Origin: Octopus sinensis
Taxonomy: Eukaryota
DNA: 64,000 nucleotides
Direction of reading: 5' to 3'
NCBI RefSeq assembly: GCF_006345805.1
Contig: NC_043008.1
Coordinates: 67,394,001-67,458,000 of the forward strand
The notes under the pieces were generated by a model. It saw only the letters and a list, made by a program, of their open reading frames with translations, ran no database searches and was not told the DNA's origin. The translations under genes and the position numbers were made by a program. Below, one piece after another: positions 1 through 11,969 of the stretch. The stretch's first letter is position 1, and every line of letters starts with the position of its first letter.

Positions 1-48
1 TTATATACACAGACAAATAAACAGAGAACTATACATACATGAACATTA

Positions 49-150
49 AGGCGGCGAGCTGGCAGAAACGTTAGCACGCTGGGGGAAATGCGTAGCCGTA
101 TTTTGTCTGCCGTTACCTTCTGGGTTCAAATTCCGCCGAGGTCGACTTTG
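49..150 (+). mobile_element. SINE family A (head fragment)
   Basis: AGGCGGCGAGCTGGCAGAAACGTTAGCAC..GTTCAAATTCCGCCGAGGTCGACTTTG, repeated at least 9 times in the window. Confidence 0.85.
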
Positions 151-1079
151 TTCTGGATATATGGTCAATCGCTCTATCTATAATATGTACATACATGAAC
201 ATGAGTTGCTTATACTGTTAAGTGCTTTGTAGCTGCGAAACGCATGGTCACTGTATGACCGTCCATAACTTTTGCCTTCCTAAAAAATACATTACTGCTC
301 TAATGATTTAGAGTGTGTTTCCCGGCGAGGCACCGTGTCCTCGTTGCTCCAGTCCTAGCTGGCAAAAACAAGTAGTACCTGTATTTCAAAGGGCCAGCCT
401 TGTCACACTCTATTTTTTGACTCTGTGTCATGCTGAAGATCCCTACGTTAAGAGTACAGATATCCGTGGAGTGCTCAGCCACGTGCACGTTAATTTCACG
501 AGCAGGCTGTTTTGTTGATCGGATCAACTGGCACCCTCATCATCGTAAAAGAATGATGGAGAGGATGAGACAAAAGGGAAGGAGAGGCATTAAATATTTA
601 AAAATAAATCGTCAGGGAAATAGTATCAATAAGACTGATTCATAAATATAGGGCTGGTTAAAGAGTGACCTCCAATTAGAACCCCACTGCAGTAACGATG
701 TGCACTTCTTGCCGTACCCCATCAGAGCTAAAACATCGCAGCGTATTAATTAATATTTATTAGCATTGTTATTAAAATAAATATGAGTCTATAGGGTGAG
801 GCTTATATTTGAAGCAAATGTAGGAAGTTTATTTCCTACTGAAAATTTACTAAATTAATATCGAAACCAGTTTAACTGTGATAACCAACACTAGTATTTA
901 TCAAAAATGTGTAAAAATAATAGTACAGTTTTATTTAGAACAGGAGTCAAAATACCAATTACAGAAGGTAAGAAGAAATTCACACGTTAACCCTAAAACT
1001 ATAAACTTAAGAGAACAAGCAAAATGCATCGAAGTAAAAATTGTTTTTATAAAAGAAATGCTTTGTTTTGTGAAAGTAA

Positions 1080-1111
<32 letters not shown>

Positions 1112-1134
1112 TGTATGAGTGTGTGTGTTTGCCC

Positions 1135-1320
1135 CCCCCCATCGCTTGACAACCGATCCCGTGTGTTTACGTCCCGCGTAACTTAGCGGTTCGGCAAAAA
1201 CCCCACCTCAGATAGAATACGTAGTAGGCTTACAGAGAATAAGTACTGGGGTCGATTTGTTCGACTAAAGGCGGTGCCCCAGCATGGCCGCAGTAAAATG
1301 ACTGAAAGAAGTAAAAGAGT
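1135..1320 (+). mobile_element. SINE family C (3' part)
   Basis: GCTTGACAACCGAT..AACTTAGCGGTTCGGCAAAA..CAGCATGGCCGCAGT; reverse copies at 18815-18990 and 40690-40890. Confidence 0.8.
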
Positions 1321-1342
1321 ATATATATATATATATTTACAT

Positions 1343-1464
1343 ATGTCCTCATCTTGTTTGTTGTTAACACAACGTTTTGGCTGATATACTCTCCAGCTTT
1401 CATCAGCTGTGTGGGGGGAAATTTCGAACCTGGATTCCCATTGCTAAGGTATTTTTCGATGTTG

Positions 1465-1524
<60 letters not shown>

Positions 1525-1595
1525 CCACTGCCTGGAATCGAACACGGAATCTTGGGGTTAGTAGTCCGCGCTCTTAATCACTACGTCATATGCCC
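1343..1595 (-). mobile_element. tRNA-headed SINE-like element with hammerhead-ribozyme tail (copy b, core G12A)
   Basis: Head GGGCATATGACGTAGTGATTAAGAGCGCGGACTACTAACCCCAAGATTCCGTGTTCGATTCC (A/B-box-like), (AAT)n linker, CTGATGA-A-AGCTG..CAGCC-AAA-ACGT-T at 1366-1411. Confidence 0.75.
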
Positions 1596-1600
1596 GTGAT

Positions 1601-1790
1601 CTGAATAATAATAACAATAACAATAATAATAACATCGAAAAATACCTTAGGAATGAGAACCCAGGTTCGAAATTTCCCCAAAGCACCTGATGAAGGCTGG
1701 AGGGCATATCAGCCGAAACGTTGTGATAATAACAAACAAGACGAGGACAAATATCCGTCAAATGTAAATAATGTACATAATTCCTCTCTC
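1601..1790 (+). mobile_element. Headless inverted copy (a) of the same HHR-SINE
   Basis: Starts at CTGAATAAT, exactly where the head ends in full copies; core CTGATGA-A-GGCTG..CAGCC-GAA-ACGT-T at 1682-1727. Confidence 0.75.
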
Positions 1791-1828
1791 TTAAATACAG
1801 AACTGAAAATTTGAATTGTTTCCAAAGG

Positions 1829-1878
<50 letters not shown>

Positions 1879-2344
1879 CGCGTATATATTAATGATGCAC
1901 ATGAATACATGGCAGGTATACATAATACTGAAGTACGCATAAAGTAAACACATGCAGCGAATATATTAATATAAGAAATTAAAAAAAAAATGATAAAAGC
2001 ATACAATCAATGACGAAACAAAAGAAACAGTAAGATGATACATGTTGATTTTATTAGGTATTTCTGTTTATTTAGAAACCTACAATGAACAGGTCAAACG
2101 CCAAACTATAAATTTCACAGGGTATAACCTTAAAGAAAATTTCTGTCTCGCTATTGGCTAAAGGTACCCAGTTTTTTTCGATTTTAAACCTCTGTAACTC
2201 TTTTCACCAATTTTTTTTCTTCTCCGCAACATTATACCTTCAAAGCAATGAGACTGAAAGGCTGCGTTATTATAGCCGATTTTCAGATTTTTTACTTCAT
2301 TTTAAAAAATGCATATTTTGCGAATGAAAAAAAAACAACAAAAA

Positions 2345-2700
2345 AAAACTAGATCCGGTCTTGCTTAGAAGAATCCTGAAGGATATAGACAACAACAAAT
2401 AGTAAGACAGAACTTTTTTTTTGCGACCGAATCGCTAGGCGGCCGGTGTGAGAAAGAGAGAGAATCAAGGAAAACTACCCACGGGGCACGTGTCAGCAGC
2501 AGGCAGAGGAGAAAGGGAGAGAGAGAGCAACAGAGAGAATGTTGAGGGAAAATAAGGGAAGAAATGAAGGGGTAACGGAGGAGGAGAAAGGTTACAAGTA
2601 CAAGTGAGAAGACGAGAGAGAGAGAAAAAAGGGAAAATGGACAGGCAAGAAATAGAAGTAACAGCAAGAGAGAAAAGGAAGAGTAGAGTCACACAGAATA
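2345..2700 (-). mobile_element. Partial, diverged copy of the 11100-11830 element
   Basis: Shared ACTAGATCCGG and GACTCTAC anchors and a purine/pyrimidine-skewed body. Confidence 0.4.
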
Positions 2701-2982
2701 TATTGTATATGAACTTACTGTTAATAAACGTTGAGTATGTGTTGCGTACCGTTACTTAATAAATGAAAAAATGCATTGTAAATAAACAACGACAGATAAA
2801 AAACATCTACGTATAAGACACAGGCTCCACCTAATTCTTCATCAGTTATTGACCAAAATGGTAACACTCAGTCTCGCACCGTCAAAACGACACAGAGAAG
2901 AAATACGTAAAAAATTGTAATTTAAGGCGATGGACAAAAACGATACGAGCAAAATACAGCCTTAGGCCCAGTGTGTGTATAT

Positions 2983-3019
<37 letters not shown>

Positions 3020-3039
3020 GTAGTTGACATTTATAGAAA

Positions 3040-3150
3040 AACAAAAGACGAAGACAGGTGTGTGAACAACAAGCAAATGTATTAGTTTGACGCTCGAGAA
3101 AACTAAAAAGGTATTTTACGTTTCGTGCCAACGCTCTTCAACAGAAAGTA
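3040..3150 (-). mobile_element. PLE-type terminal repeat with variant HHR motif (3113-3148)
   Basis: CTTT-CTGTTGA-A-GAGC-GTTG-GCAC-GAA-ACGT-A-AAAT; homologous to 62505-62630. Confidence 0.5.
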
Positions 3151-4033
3151 ATACAAAAAAATAACAGAGCGAGAGTGAAAAAAACATGTAGAACCCAACG
3201 GATACAGGTTATATATTGCCAACGAACCTATACACACCTTTATGGGAAAAGCATGTAAGGGAGGTAATCCAACCGTCACGTTTAAAGAGTTACTTCCCAT
3301 GGAATGAGAATTGATTTAAAGGGACAGACGTAAAGACGGGTTGACCTTCCTTCGGTGTCGACGACCAGTATTCCCGTTGATCCGATCAACGGACCGGCTT
3401 GCTTGTGAAATTAACGTGCAAATGCCTGAGCACTCCACAGACACGCCTACATTCTAAGTAGTTCTTAAGGAGATACAGTGTAACATATAATGCGATAAAG
3501 CTGGTCCTTTGAAATACAGATACAACTAACCTTTGACAGCTGAGTGGACTGTAGCAAGTCGCTTGGGGTGGTTGTGCTGCCATGGAAAATAATAAACTAT
3601 AAATAAATAAATAAATAAACGTTCCCTGTACTTGCTAAAACACTTTCCATGAGAGTATGCTCAGAGAAAGCTTTGTAAAGAAACCTTGTCTGTATTAAAG
3701 GCATACTGCTATACCGAACATTGTGGTTGCTGGCGTAATACTCATCTACCTTTTTCATATACTCAGAGTATACTGCTTAGTATATGACCCGTTGTCTAGA
3801 TTTGTTATTGCTTAGTATACAATCTGTCGTTAAAGCAGTGTACCGGAGTGTATAAAGGAACACCACTTACAACCATTTTAGGATTTGATTCATCGGAGAG
3901 CTGCAATCTGACAATTACGGTTAATAATCTACTAACTCCATTTCTAGGTTATGCTTGTGAAGTATTCAGCATCTTCATGCAGTAACGTATGAAATCTTGC
4001 TTGCATGTCTGAAGGTATTATTGATATCTGTCA

Positions 4034-4231
4034 AAGGCGGCGAGCTGGCAGAATCGTTAGCACGTTCTGAGTTCAAATTCCGCCGAGGTCGACTTTGCCT
4101 CCATCCTTTCGGGGTCGATAAATTAAGTACCAGTTACGCACTGAGGTCGATATAATCGACTTAATCCGTTTGTTTGTCCTTGTTTATCCTCTCTGTGTTT
4201 AGCTCCTTGTGGGTAGTAAAGAAATAGGTAT
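4034..4231 (+). mobile_element. SINE family A
   Basis: Head plus GGGTCGATAAATTAAGTACCAG body; internal deletion. Confidence 0.85.
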
Positions 4232-5400
4232 TATTGATATCTGTCATCAGTCATCTTTTTCACTGGATTGGAAGTACTGCACCGACCTGTCACCAGTACC
4301 TAATGTAGTTTAAATGTACTGAAGTACAGAACCGGTGTGTAGATGTATACAGATATGCATTTGAAAATTGTGCTCCTGTGGAGGTAGTTTCATAATGAGG
4401 CTGATCCTGATGGTACTAGTGATTAAGGGGAGCTTATCGTAGTGGATCTTTTGGGAAGTGTTGGCAGGAATAGGGAGTAGGGGCCATATTTGGACCAAAA
4501 GCAAAGAAAAATCGAAATACATAATTTGTGGAGAAAAATATATGAAGAATAATCGTTTTTATAACTCACAAGAAAGAGAGAAAATATGTCAAGCAAAGCA
4601 AAACAACAGAGATCAAACACAATTTGAACTTCTCTTCTGGCTTAAGTCTCCAAGCAAGCAGAGGCAGCAAATAATGCGAGAGGAGAAAGAAAGAAAGAAA
4701 GAGAGGGAGGGAGGGAGGGAGGAAAAGAGATTGAAGTATGTGCTCGTGTAAAAAGCGTGCTAGAAAGGTAAATAGATAACAGTGAGGTAGCGATAGAAAT
4801 AGGGAGTGAGTGAAGCTGAAATGTCATAGAGACAGATTTGTTTTTTAACCGAAGAACGACTAGGAAAAATTTATAGCTAATTATAAAGAGAGGAAATATG
4901 TGAAAAAATCTAACATCGACGGTCTTGGACGGAAAATGGTTTATGAAAATAAGTCGTACTAAATGCAAGACGATATCACCTAGTAAAGGAAATAGTCACA
5001 CTGAATGGTTCTGGAGTTAATCATGCCGGGCTGTATAGTCCTCTTCTCTGCACATATATCAGAAGGCCACATGTAAGGTTACACTAGCAAGTATAGTGTT
5101 TGGAAAACTAAGAACCGATAGGATATCACCGTTTGGAACCGATAGAATATCAGCCAGGGATACATTTTAAAGTTGTACAACCACCTTATTTCTCTGATCA
5201 TAGTCTGAAACTCAAAAAAAATGGACCCTGAAATCCGAAAATACACGTAAACTAGAGGTTAGTAAAATAAATATTTTTACAGTCTATTTTAATGAGAGAG
5301 GCGTAAGAATAGTTCTTTAAGGAAAGCTGCTTACATAATACCGTAATTGAGGTAATCAGAAAGAAAAGACTGAAATGTTCGACCACGTAGTGGATGGAAG

Positions 5401-5776
5401 CACTCCGTCGGTTACGACGACGAGGGTTCCGGTTGATCCGATCAACGGAACAGCCTGCTCGTGAAATTAACGTGTAAGTGGCTGAGCACTCCACAGACAC
5501 GTGTACCCTTAACGTAGTTCTCGGGGATATTCAGCGTGACACAGAGAATGACAAGGTCGGCCCTTTGAAATACAGGTACAACAGAAACAGGAAGTAAGAG
5601 TGAGAGAAAGTTGTGGTGAAAGAGTACAGCAGGGATCACCACCATCCCTGCCGGAGCCTCGTGGAGCTTTTAGGTGTTTTCGCTCAATAAACACTCACAA
5701 CGCCCGGTCTGGGAATCGAAACCGCGATCCTATGACCGCGAGTCCGCTGCCCTAACCACTGGGCCATTGCGCCTCC
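5401..5776 (-). mobile_element. tRNA-derived SINE family B, full length
   Basis: GGAGGCGCAATGGCCCAGTGGTTAGGGCAGCGGACTCGCGG..GGTTTCGATTCC head; partial copies at 315-545, 3350-3560, 7537-7790, 23533-23830. Confidence 0.85.
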
Positions 5777-6015
5777 ACTGACCACGTAGTAAGTAGGCAA
5801 CAGAATAACTGTGTAGTGCAGACATTGTGTTAAAACTTCTAATACACTAAATCACATAATAGACAGGTTAAGTAATGGAATTAACACATCCGTGAAGATA
5901 CAGGGCTACGTCACTGAACAGCAGCAAGAAGAGCATAAGAGAAGAGAGTGATGGTGTGCCAGTTGGAAGGGGAGACGGAAAAGACGGAGGAAATTAAAAT
6001 GAATATACGTATATA

Positions 6016-6470
6016 CAGGGTGTACCCTACCAAATGTATACACACATTGAAAGATTTTAAAATAAGTTTATCAAAATTCATTTCGTTTTCAAATTTTAAT
6101 GGAATCCATAGACAGAGATTAATCTTTTTACGAAAGCTTGTTTTCAAACTGATGAGTGTTGAGGTTCAAGCATTGTTGATAACGCTAAGCAATGTCTTTG
6201 TTCAAAGGCTGTCTCAATTTGTCGACCGTTGCCTATTTTGTACTGTAATCTTCAAGTATCCCCATAAAATGTCTTGCAGTGCAACGTCAGGAGAATGCGG
6301 TGGGGTTTGTTCTACTGAGCCACTTCGTCCAATCCACCCGTTTAGCCGAATCTCGTCAAGGTAGGCACTTATATTGCAGATTGTCGCAGCAATTCAAGGT
6401 AGCGGGGACCAGGCCCAGTTTTGTAAAGAAAAGGGTGGTGCACTTAAGCCTTTTGATCACCATACTGTAA
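6016..6470 (+). mobile_element. 5' fragment of a related rosa-type element
   Basis: TA|CAGGGTGTACCCTACCAAATGTATACAC resembles the 10414 TIR; AVQR and QFK..G remnants; right TIR not found. Confidence 0.45.
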
Positions 6471-6924
6471 CTATTGGTAAATTAACATGATACAGATTCT
6501 CAGTTCCCAAGTAGATGCCATTCTGGCGGTGAATTGAACCATTCAATTTTAATGTAGTATTATCACGCAAAAGAATCTATATTGGAAAGTGAGTACCTTC
6601 TACATGCCTTGTCAAGTACCACTGTTCTATCCAGATCATCCTTATAGGGTGCATGGAGTATTCTTGGAATGTAACTATTCCTATGATTGCGCTTCAAAAT
6701 GTGATGGCCGCTTGATATTGGAATTTTTATTGTATGACTTGATTGTCGTACAATAAGAATGTATTCTAATATACAACTTTGTTGTTGCCAGTTAGAGAAA
6801 GAAGAAAAGAAAAAAGAGAACAAAAAGAATCAGAATAAGTAGTGGGGAGGAAGAGAGAAAGGGTGGTATTTGAAAATAGCGTTCCTAATAGTATCAAGTC
6901 GTTAGAAAAAGAAAAGATAAGATT

Positions 6925-7159
6925 CTTATTTCTTTACTGCCCACAAGGGGCTAAACACAGAGAGGACAAACAAGGACAGACAAACGGATTGAGTCGATTA
7001 TATCGACCCCAGTGCGTAACTGGTACTTATTTAATCGACCCCGAAAGGATGCAAGGCAAAGTCGACCTCGGCGGAATTTGAACTGAGAACGTAGCGGCAG
7101 ACGAAATAGTGCTAAGCATTTCGCCCGGCGTGCTAACGTTACTGCCACCTCGCCGCCTT
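6925..7159 (-). mobile_element. SINE family A
   Basis: Full-length reverse copy. Confidence 0.88.
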
Positions 7160-7276
7160 CAAGAAAAGATAAGATTCTGCAAAACCCTTATGTGTGTATA
7201 GTCAAGCCCATATACGCACACATGTAAATAGACTTGCATAAACATACCTACATAGATACATGCATATACATACATA

Positions 7277-7790
7277 GTTGTGGAGGCGCGTGGCTCAGTG
7301 TTTAATGTGTTGAACTCATGATCGTAAGGTTGTGGTTTCGATTGCTGGACCGGGCGATGCGTTGTGTTCTTGAGCAAAACACTTTATTTCACGTTGCTCC
7401 AGTCCACTCAGCTGGCAAAAATGAGTAATCCTGCGACGGACAGTAGTCCCGTCAAGATGGGGAATTTCTACGCCACTGAAACCGGGAAACCGGCCCTTAT
7501 GAGCCTGGCATGGCTCAAGAAGGAATATTTTGTGGAGGCACATGGCTTAGTGGTTAGAGCAGCGGGTTCGAATCTGTGTGTTTATGAGCGAAACACCTAA
7601 GCTCCACGCGGCTCGGGCAGAAGGTAATAACGAACTTCTGACTCTTCCGCTACAACTTTCTTTCACTCTTTCCTCCTGAATCTTGCAGCTCACCTGCGAC
7701 GGACTGGCGTCCCGTACAGGTGGGGAACCTATACACCAAGGAAACCGGGAAACCGGCCCTTATGAGCCAGGGATGGCTCGAGAAGGAACA
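7277..7790 (+). mobile_element. Two tandem tRNA-derived SINEs sharing a 3' tail
   Basis: Both start GTGGAGGC(G/A)C and end AAACCGGGAAACCGGCCCTTATGAGCC; the first has a TTCTTGAGCAAAACACTT..CCAGTCCACTCAGCTG central domain (CORE/Meta-like). Confidence 0.7.
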
Positions 7791-8775
7791 AACATACATA
7801 CATAATTACACACATGTATACACGCATACATATATACCTATAAACATATACACGTATATATATCTACATACATGCATACATTCATATATACGCATACGTA
7901 TATATTCAAAACTGTGTGTCTGGTGTATTGAATAACCAATATAAGAATGAATATAGAATAAAAATAAATAGAAATAAAAATTGTTGAAAGAAGGAACAAT
8001 TTCAGAGGTGTAGATTAAATAAAATCAATTATAAAATTAAATTAAATTGCTAAAAATATTTTGTATAATATAAATTTGAAATTCAAATCAGAAACTTAGA
8101 AATTGGCGAAATATCACTAAACAACTTGTCCAGCTCGCTAAAATTCTGCCAGCATCGTCGCCTTATTAACAATGATAATAATAATGATAAATACAATGAA
8201 AGTAAAATAATTAATAATAATAAAAATAATAAAAAAATTATAATAAAAATAAAACAAATTACTAAAAAATTCATTCGGGTATTCGATAACTTTAAAATAT
8301 GGATCTTTACCCTTTGAACGGCAGATCGAGAAATTAATTTTTTGTAACTAAACAATTTCAAACTGGTAGAATGTGTCATATAAAACTTCTGCTCTTAGTG
8401 TTGTTGAGAAAATTTTTTATTTTCAAAGTTATTTCGTGTTAAAGTTGTCGTATTTCGGTAATTTCAACCAATCAAATACGTGTAACCAGCTGAATAAAAA
8501 ATTACTGCCGTTTTTTGTCAACAACAACTATCGGTGCTGTATGTTTCGTTATACTGTTATCGTACAGAGTGGAAATTCAATACGAGGTTTTCAACTCATG
8601 ATCTTGTGGTTAGCAATCCATTACCATAAATTTGAAGCCATTAAGTCTTTAAACATTATGTTACTGGGTTTAGTCTTTCGACTGCCGCCATGTTAAAAAA
8701 TATCACGTTCAAAAATTTTTCATACTGACCTCAGTACGTATATCAATCTGGCATTTATTTTATACGTCTGTGCCG

Positions 8776-8835
<60 letters not shown>

Positions 8836-8844
8836 TATATATAT

Positions 8845-8890
<46 letters not shown>

Positions 8891-8953
8891 TGTATGTATG
8901 TATGTATGTATGTATGTATGATGTATGTATGTATGTATAATATATATATATAT

Positions 8954-9029
<76 letters not shown>

Positions 9030-9179
9030 TGTTGAAATGGAAAGATGAATTTTCTTGTTACAGATTATTCAAAAGTTTAACCGATACCTGGGTAGCAAAA
9101 ATCACAGCAGAAAAATCACGGTTGGAGATAAGACCATATGGTGTTGCAACCGTGCGTTGGTGCGGATAATTGAAGTTTA

Positions 9180-9704
9180 ATATAATTAGTGAATGGAAGA
9201 AATGGAGTTGAACGAAGATTGTACAGAATTCCTTTTATTACATTCTACACATGTTTCAAAGGCCACAATTTTCCAAATTCTAGTTAAATAAGGATACCAT
9301 ATTGCAGCTTTCTCTTCAGGAAAAACCAGGAATTACGTTGTCAGAACAAAACAAAACAGAGGCGCAGCAAAGCAATTCGAACGAGGACGCTCCTTAAAAG
9401 CCCATGGGTAAACTGTTTATCAATGTACGTTGTCGGCCCCCACCAACCCCCCGATTTCAACGTACATTGATAAACAGTTTACCCATGGGCTTTTAAGGAG
9501 CGTCCTCGTTCGAATTGCTTTGCTGCGCCTCTGTTTTGTTTTGTTCTGACAACGTAATTCCTGGTTTTCCTGAAGAGAAAGCTGCAATATGGTATCCTTA
9601 TTTAACCAGAATTTGGAAAATTGTGGCCTTTGAAACATGTGTAGAATGTAATAAAAGGAATTCTGTACAATCTTCGTTCAACTCCATTTCTTCCATTCAC
9701 TAAT

Positions 9705-9709
<5 letters not shown>
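9180..9709. repeat. Near-perfect 530-bp inverted repeat (253/252-bp arms, 25-nt spacer)
   Basis: Arms 9180-9432 and 9458-9709; I see one substitution and one indel between them. Confidence 0.95.
9565..9648 (+). ncRNA. Type I hammerhead ribozyme motif with extended stem II (mirror copy on minus strand 9241-9325)
   Basis: TTC-CTGAAGA-G-AAAGCTGCAAT..ATTGTGGCCTTT-GAAAC-ATGT-GTA-GAA; 11-bp stem II with one bulge, stem I only 3 bp plus wobbles. Confidence 0.55.
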
Positions 9710-9762
<53 letters not shown>

Positions 9763-10368
9763 TATATATATATTATATATATATATATATATCGTCCCCG
9801 CCAGAACAAAGGCCTTCGTTCGTCTTTTTCGTTTGTTCTCTTGTTTATTTTGATTTCTCGTATTGTAATTTAATTCTCGTTTTGTATTTTCTTGTACATG
9901 TATCTTTAATGTTGTATTATTTTTTTCTTGTATTTTTTTGTGCAGTTCTTTGTTACGTCCCTTTTTGTGTTACATTTTTTTCTTGCTCGTTTTACCCCTC
10001 TACGAGGTTATTTTATTTTAATTCTCTCGTAGGAAGGCCTAGCACGAACCAGACGTGTCCTGTCTTGCCTTCGAAACACGCTATGTCTGCTAGCGACAGC
10101 TGATGAAGGGGATTTTTCCTTGTGCAGCATGTCCTGTACTTCGTTTTTCTGCTGTACATAATTGTTTTTCCCGTTTTCGTTTCGTCTTGTTCCACGTCTC
10201 TGTCCTTCTGTTGTAACAAAATGGCTTTTCCGTTTTCGTTTCTGTTGATTTTTACATCTTCTTGTGGTGTCCTGTACGTATATATATTATATATGCATGT
10301 ATATATACATGTAGATGTCGGTACGTACATATATGTTTGTATGTATGCATATATTTTATTTATTACAC

Positions 10369-10402
<34 letters not shown>

Positions 10403-10413
10403 ATATACATATA

Positions 10414-10948
10414 CAGGGTGTCCCAAAAAATGTATACACTTGCTGCAACAGTCTGTCATGCCAAGCATTAGAGAGGACTTTGAACAGGAAGAGTTTTATT
10501 TCCAGCAAGATGGGGCACCTCCACACTACCATCGCGATGTTAGATCCTTTCTTGATGGGATCTTGCCAAACAGGTGGATTGGACGGAAAGGTTTTGTCGA
10601 ATACCCTCCACGTTCACCAGACCTCACACCACTAGACTTCTTTTTATGGGGATACCTAAAGGACAAAGTCTACGCACAGAAACCTGCAACAGTCGTTCAA
10701 TTGAGGGCAACCATTGAACATGAATGTACGAATATCCCAAGGAAATTGTTCCATGATGTGCGCCATTCCATCGCTTCGCGTTGTCAGCAGTGTCTGGAGC
10801 AGAACGGACATCAGTTTGAGAACATGCGATAACAAGACAATAGAATGATATTTGTAAATTCTTTTACATGTTGAAAATTATTCGAATTATAATAAACCCC
10901 AAATTTACAATTATTTAAGGTGTGTATACATTTTTTTGGGACACCCTG
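10414..10948 (+). mobile_element. Internally deleted Tc1/mariner, DD41D (rosa-type)
   Basis: TIR CAGGGTGTCCCAAAAAATGTATACAC at both ends, TA on both sides; QQDGAPPH..RWIGR..PPRSPDLTPLDFFLWG with 41 residues between the two Asp. Confidence 0.92.
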
Positions 10949-11026
10949 TATATATATATACTTACATATAAGACAAAGGGTACGTACGTCGCTATATATA
11001 TATATAGGGCTTCGAATGTCCTGTCT

Positions 11027-11969
11027 GTGTTTGTTGTATCGTCTTCTAAGTGTTATGCGTTCTTGTCACAGTTTGTATTTTTTTTACCTATCATAATATA
11101 TATTCCTGGCGTCACGTACCCTTCTTAACACTTATGTGAGCACATATTCTTGTAAATTTGGTACGACTCTACACTCTGTTTGTCTCTCTCTCTTACATTT
11201 ACTTCGCATTCTACGTTGATCTGTCCCCTTCTCTCTCTCTTCTCTCTACTCATCCTCCTTTTCTCTTGCCTCTGATTCTTTGGTCTACTCTTCCCCCACC
11301 CTTCCATTTCTTTGTCTTGCCTTGCACTCACAGGTCAATCTTTGACACCCATCCCTTCTCCCCTCTCTAATTCCTTCTTTCTCTCTCTTCTCCCCCCCTT
11401 GTTGCTTTCGTCCCTCTTCTCTCTCTCTTCCTTCCTTTGCCTCCCTTTCTTTTCTTTTCTTTTCTCTCTTCTCCGTCACGTGACTGCTGGCCAAAATCCG
11501 CCTTTCGGCCTCTGACCAGCGCCGTGACAACATCGTTGTCCTTGTTCGCCGTTAAGGCAATTTTTCCAAAATACGCCAGCCAAACTTGTTTGCACTGTTA
11601 TTAGTCGTAAGACACCTGCTGTTTTTACCTTTATTGCTTTTGTATTTCATGTTTTTGTATTTCATTATTGTTTTTTGTTTTTTATATTCGTGTGGCACCG
11701 TCCGTTTTGCTGTCCCTGTGTTCGTATGCATTCGATCCTTCTTCCAGGAAATCTACGCTCCTAGCTTAGTTTTTCTAATGCTCGTTGCTTAGTTTTTCCT
11801 GGAAGGCTGGCCGGATCTAGTAATCTCAAGATTAATCAGCCGAAATTACTACGATGATCCGGTTCTTGACTGAAGACTGAGGGCTTCGAATGTCCTGTCT
11901 GTGTTTGTTGTATCGTCTTCTAAGTGTTATGCGTTCTTGTCACAGTTTGTATTTTTTTACCTATCATAA
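11027..11969 (+). mobile_element. Non-coding element bounded by ~80-bp direct repeats (pseudo-LTR-like)
   Basis: GGGCTTCGAATGTCCTGTCTGTG..CCTATCATAATATA at 11027-11100 and 11881-11969; CT-rich interior related to the inverted copy at 2345-2700. Confidence 0.55.
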
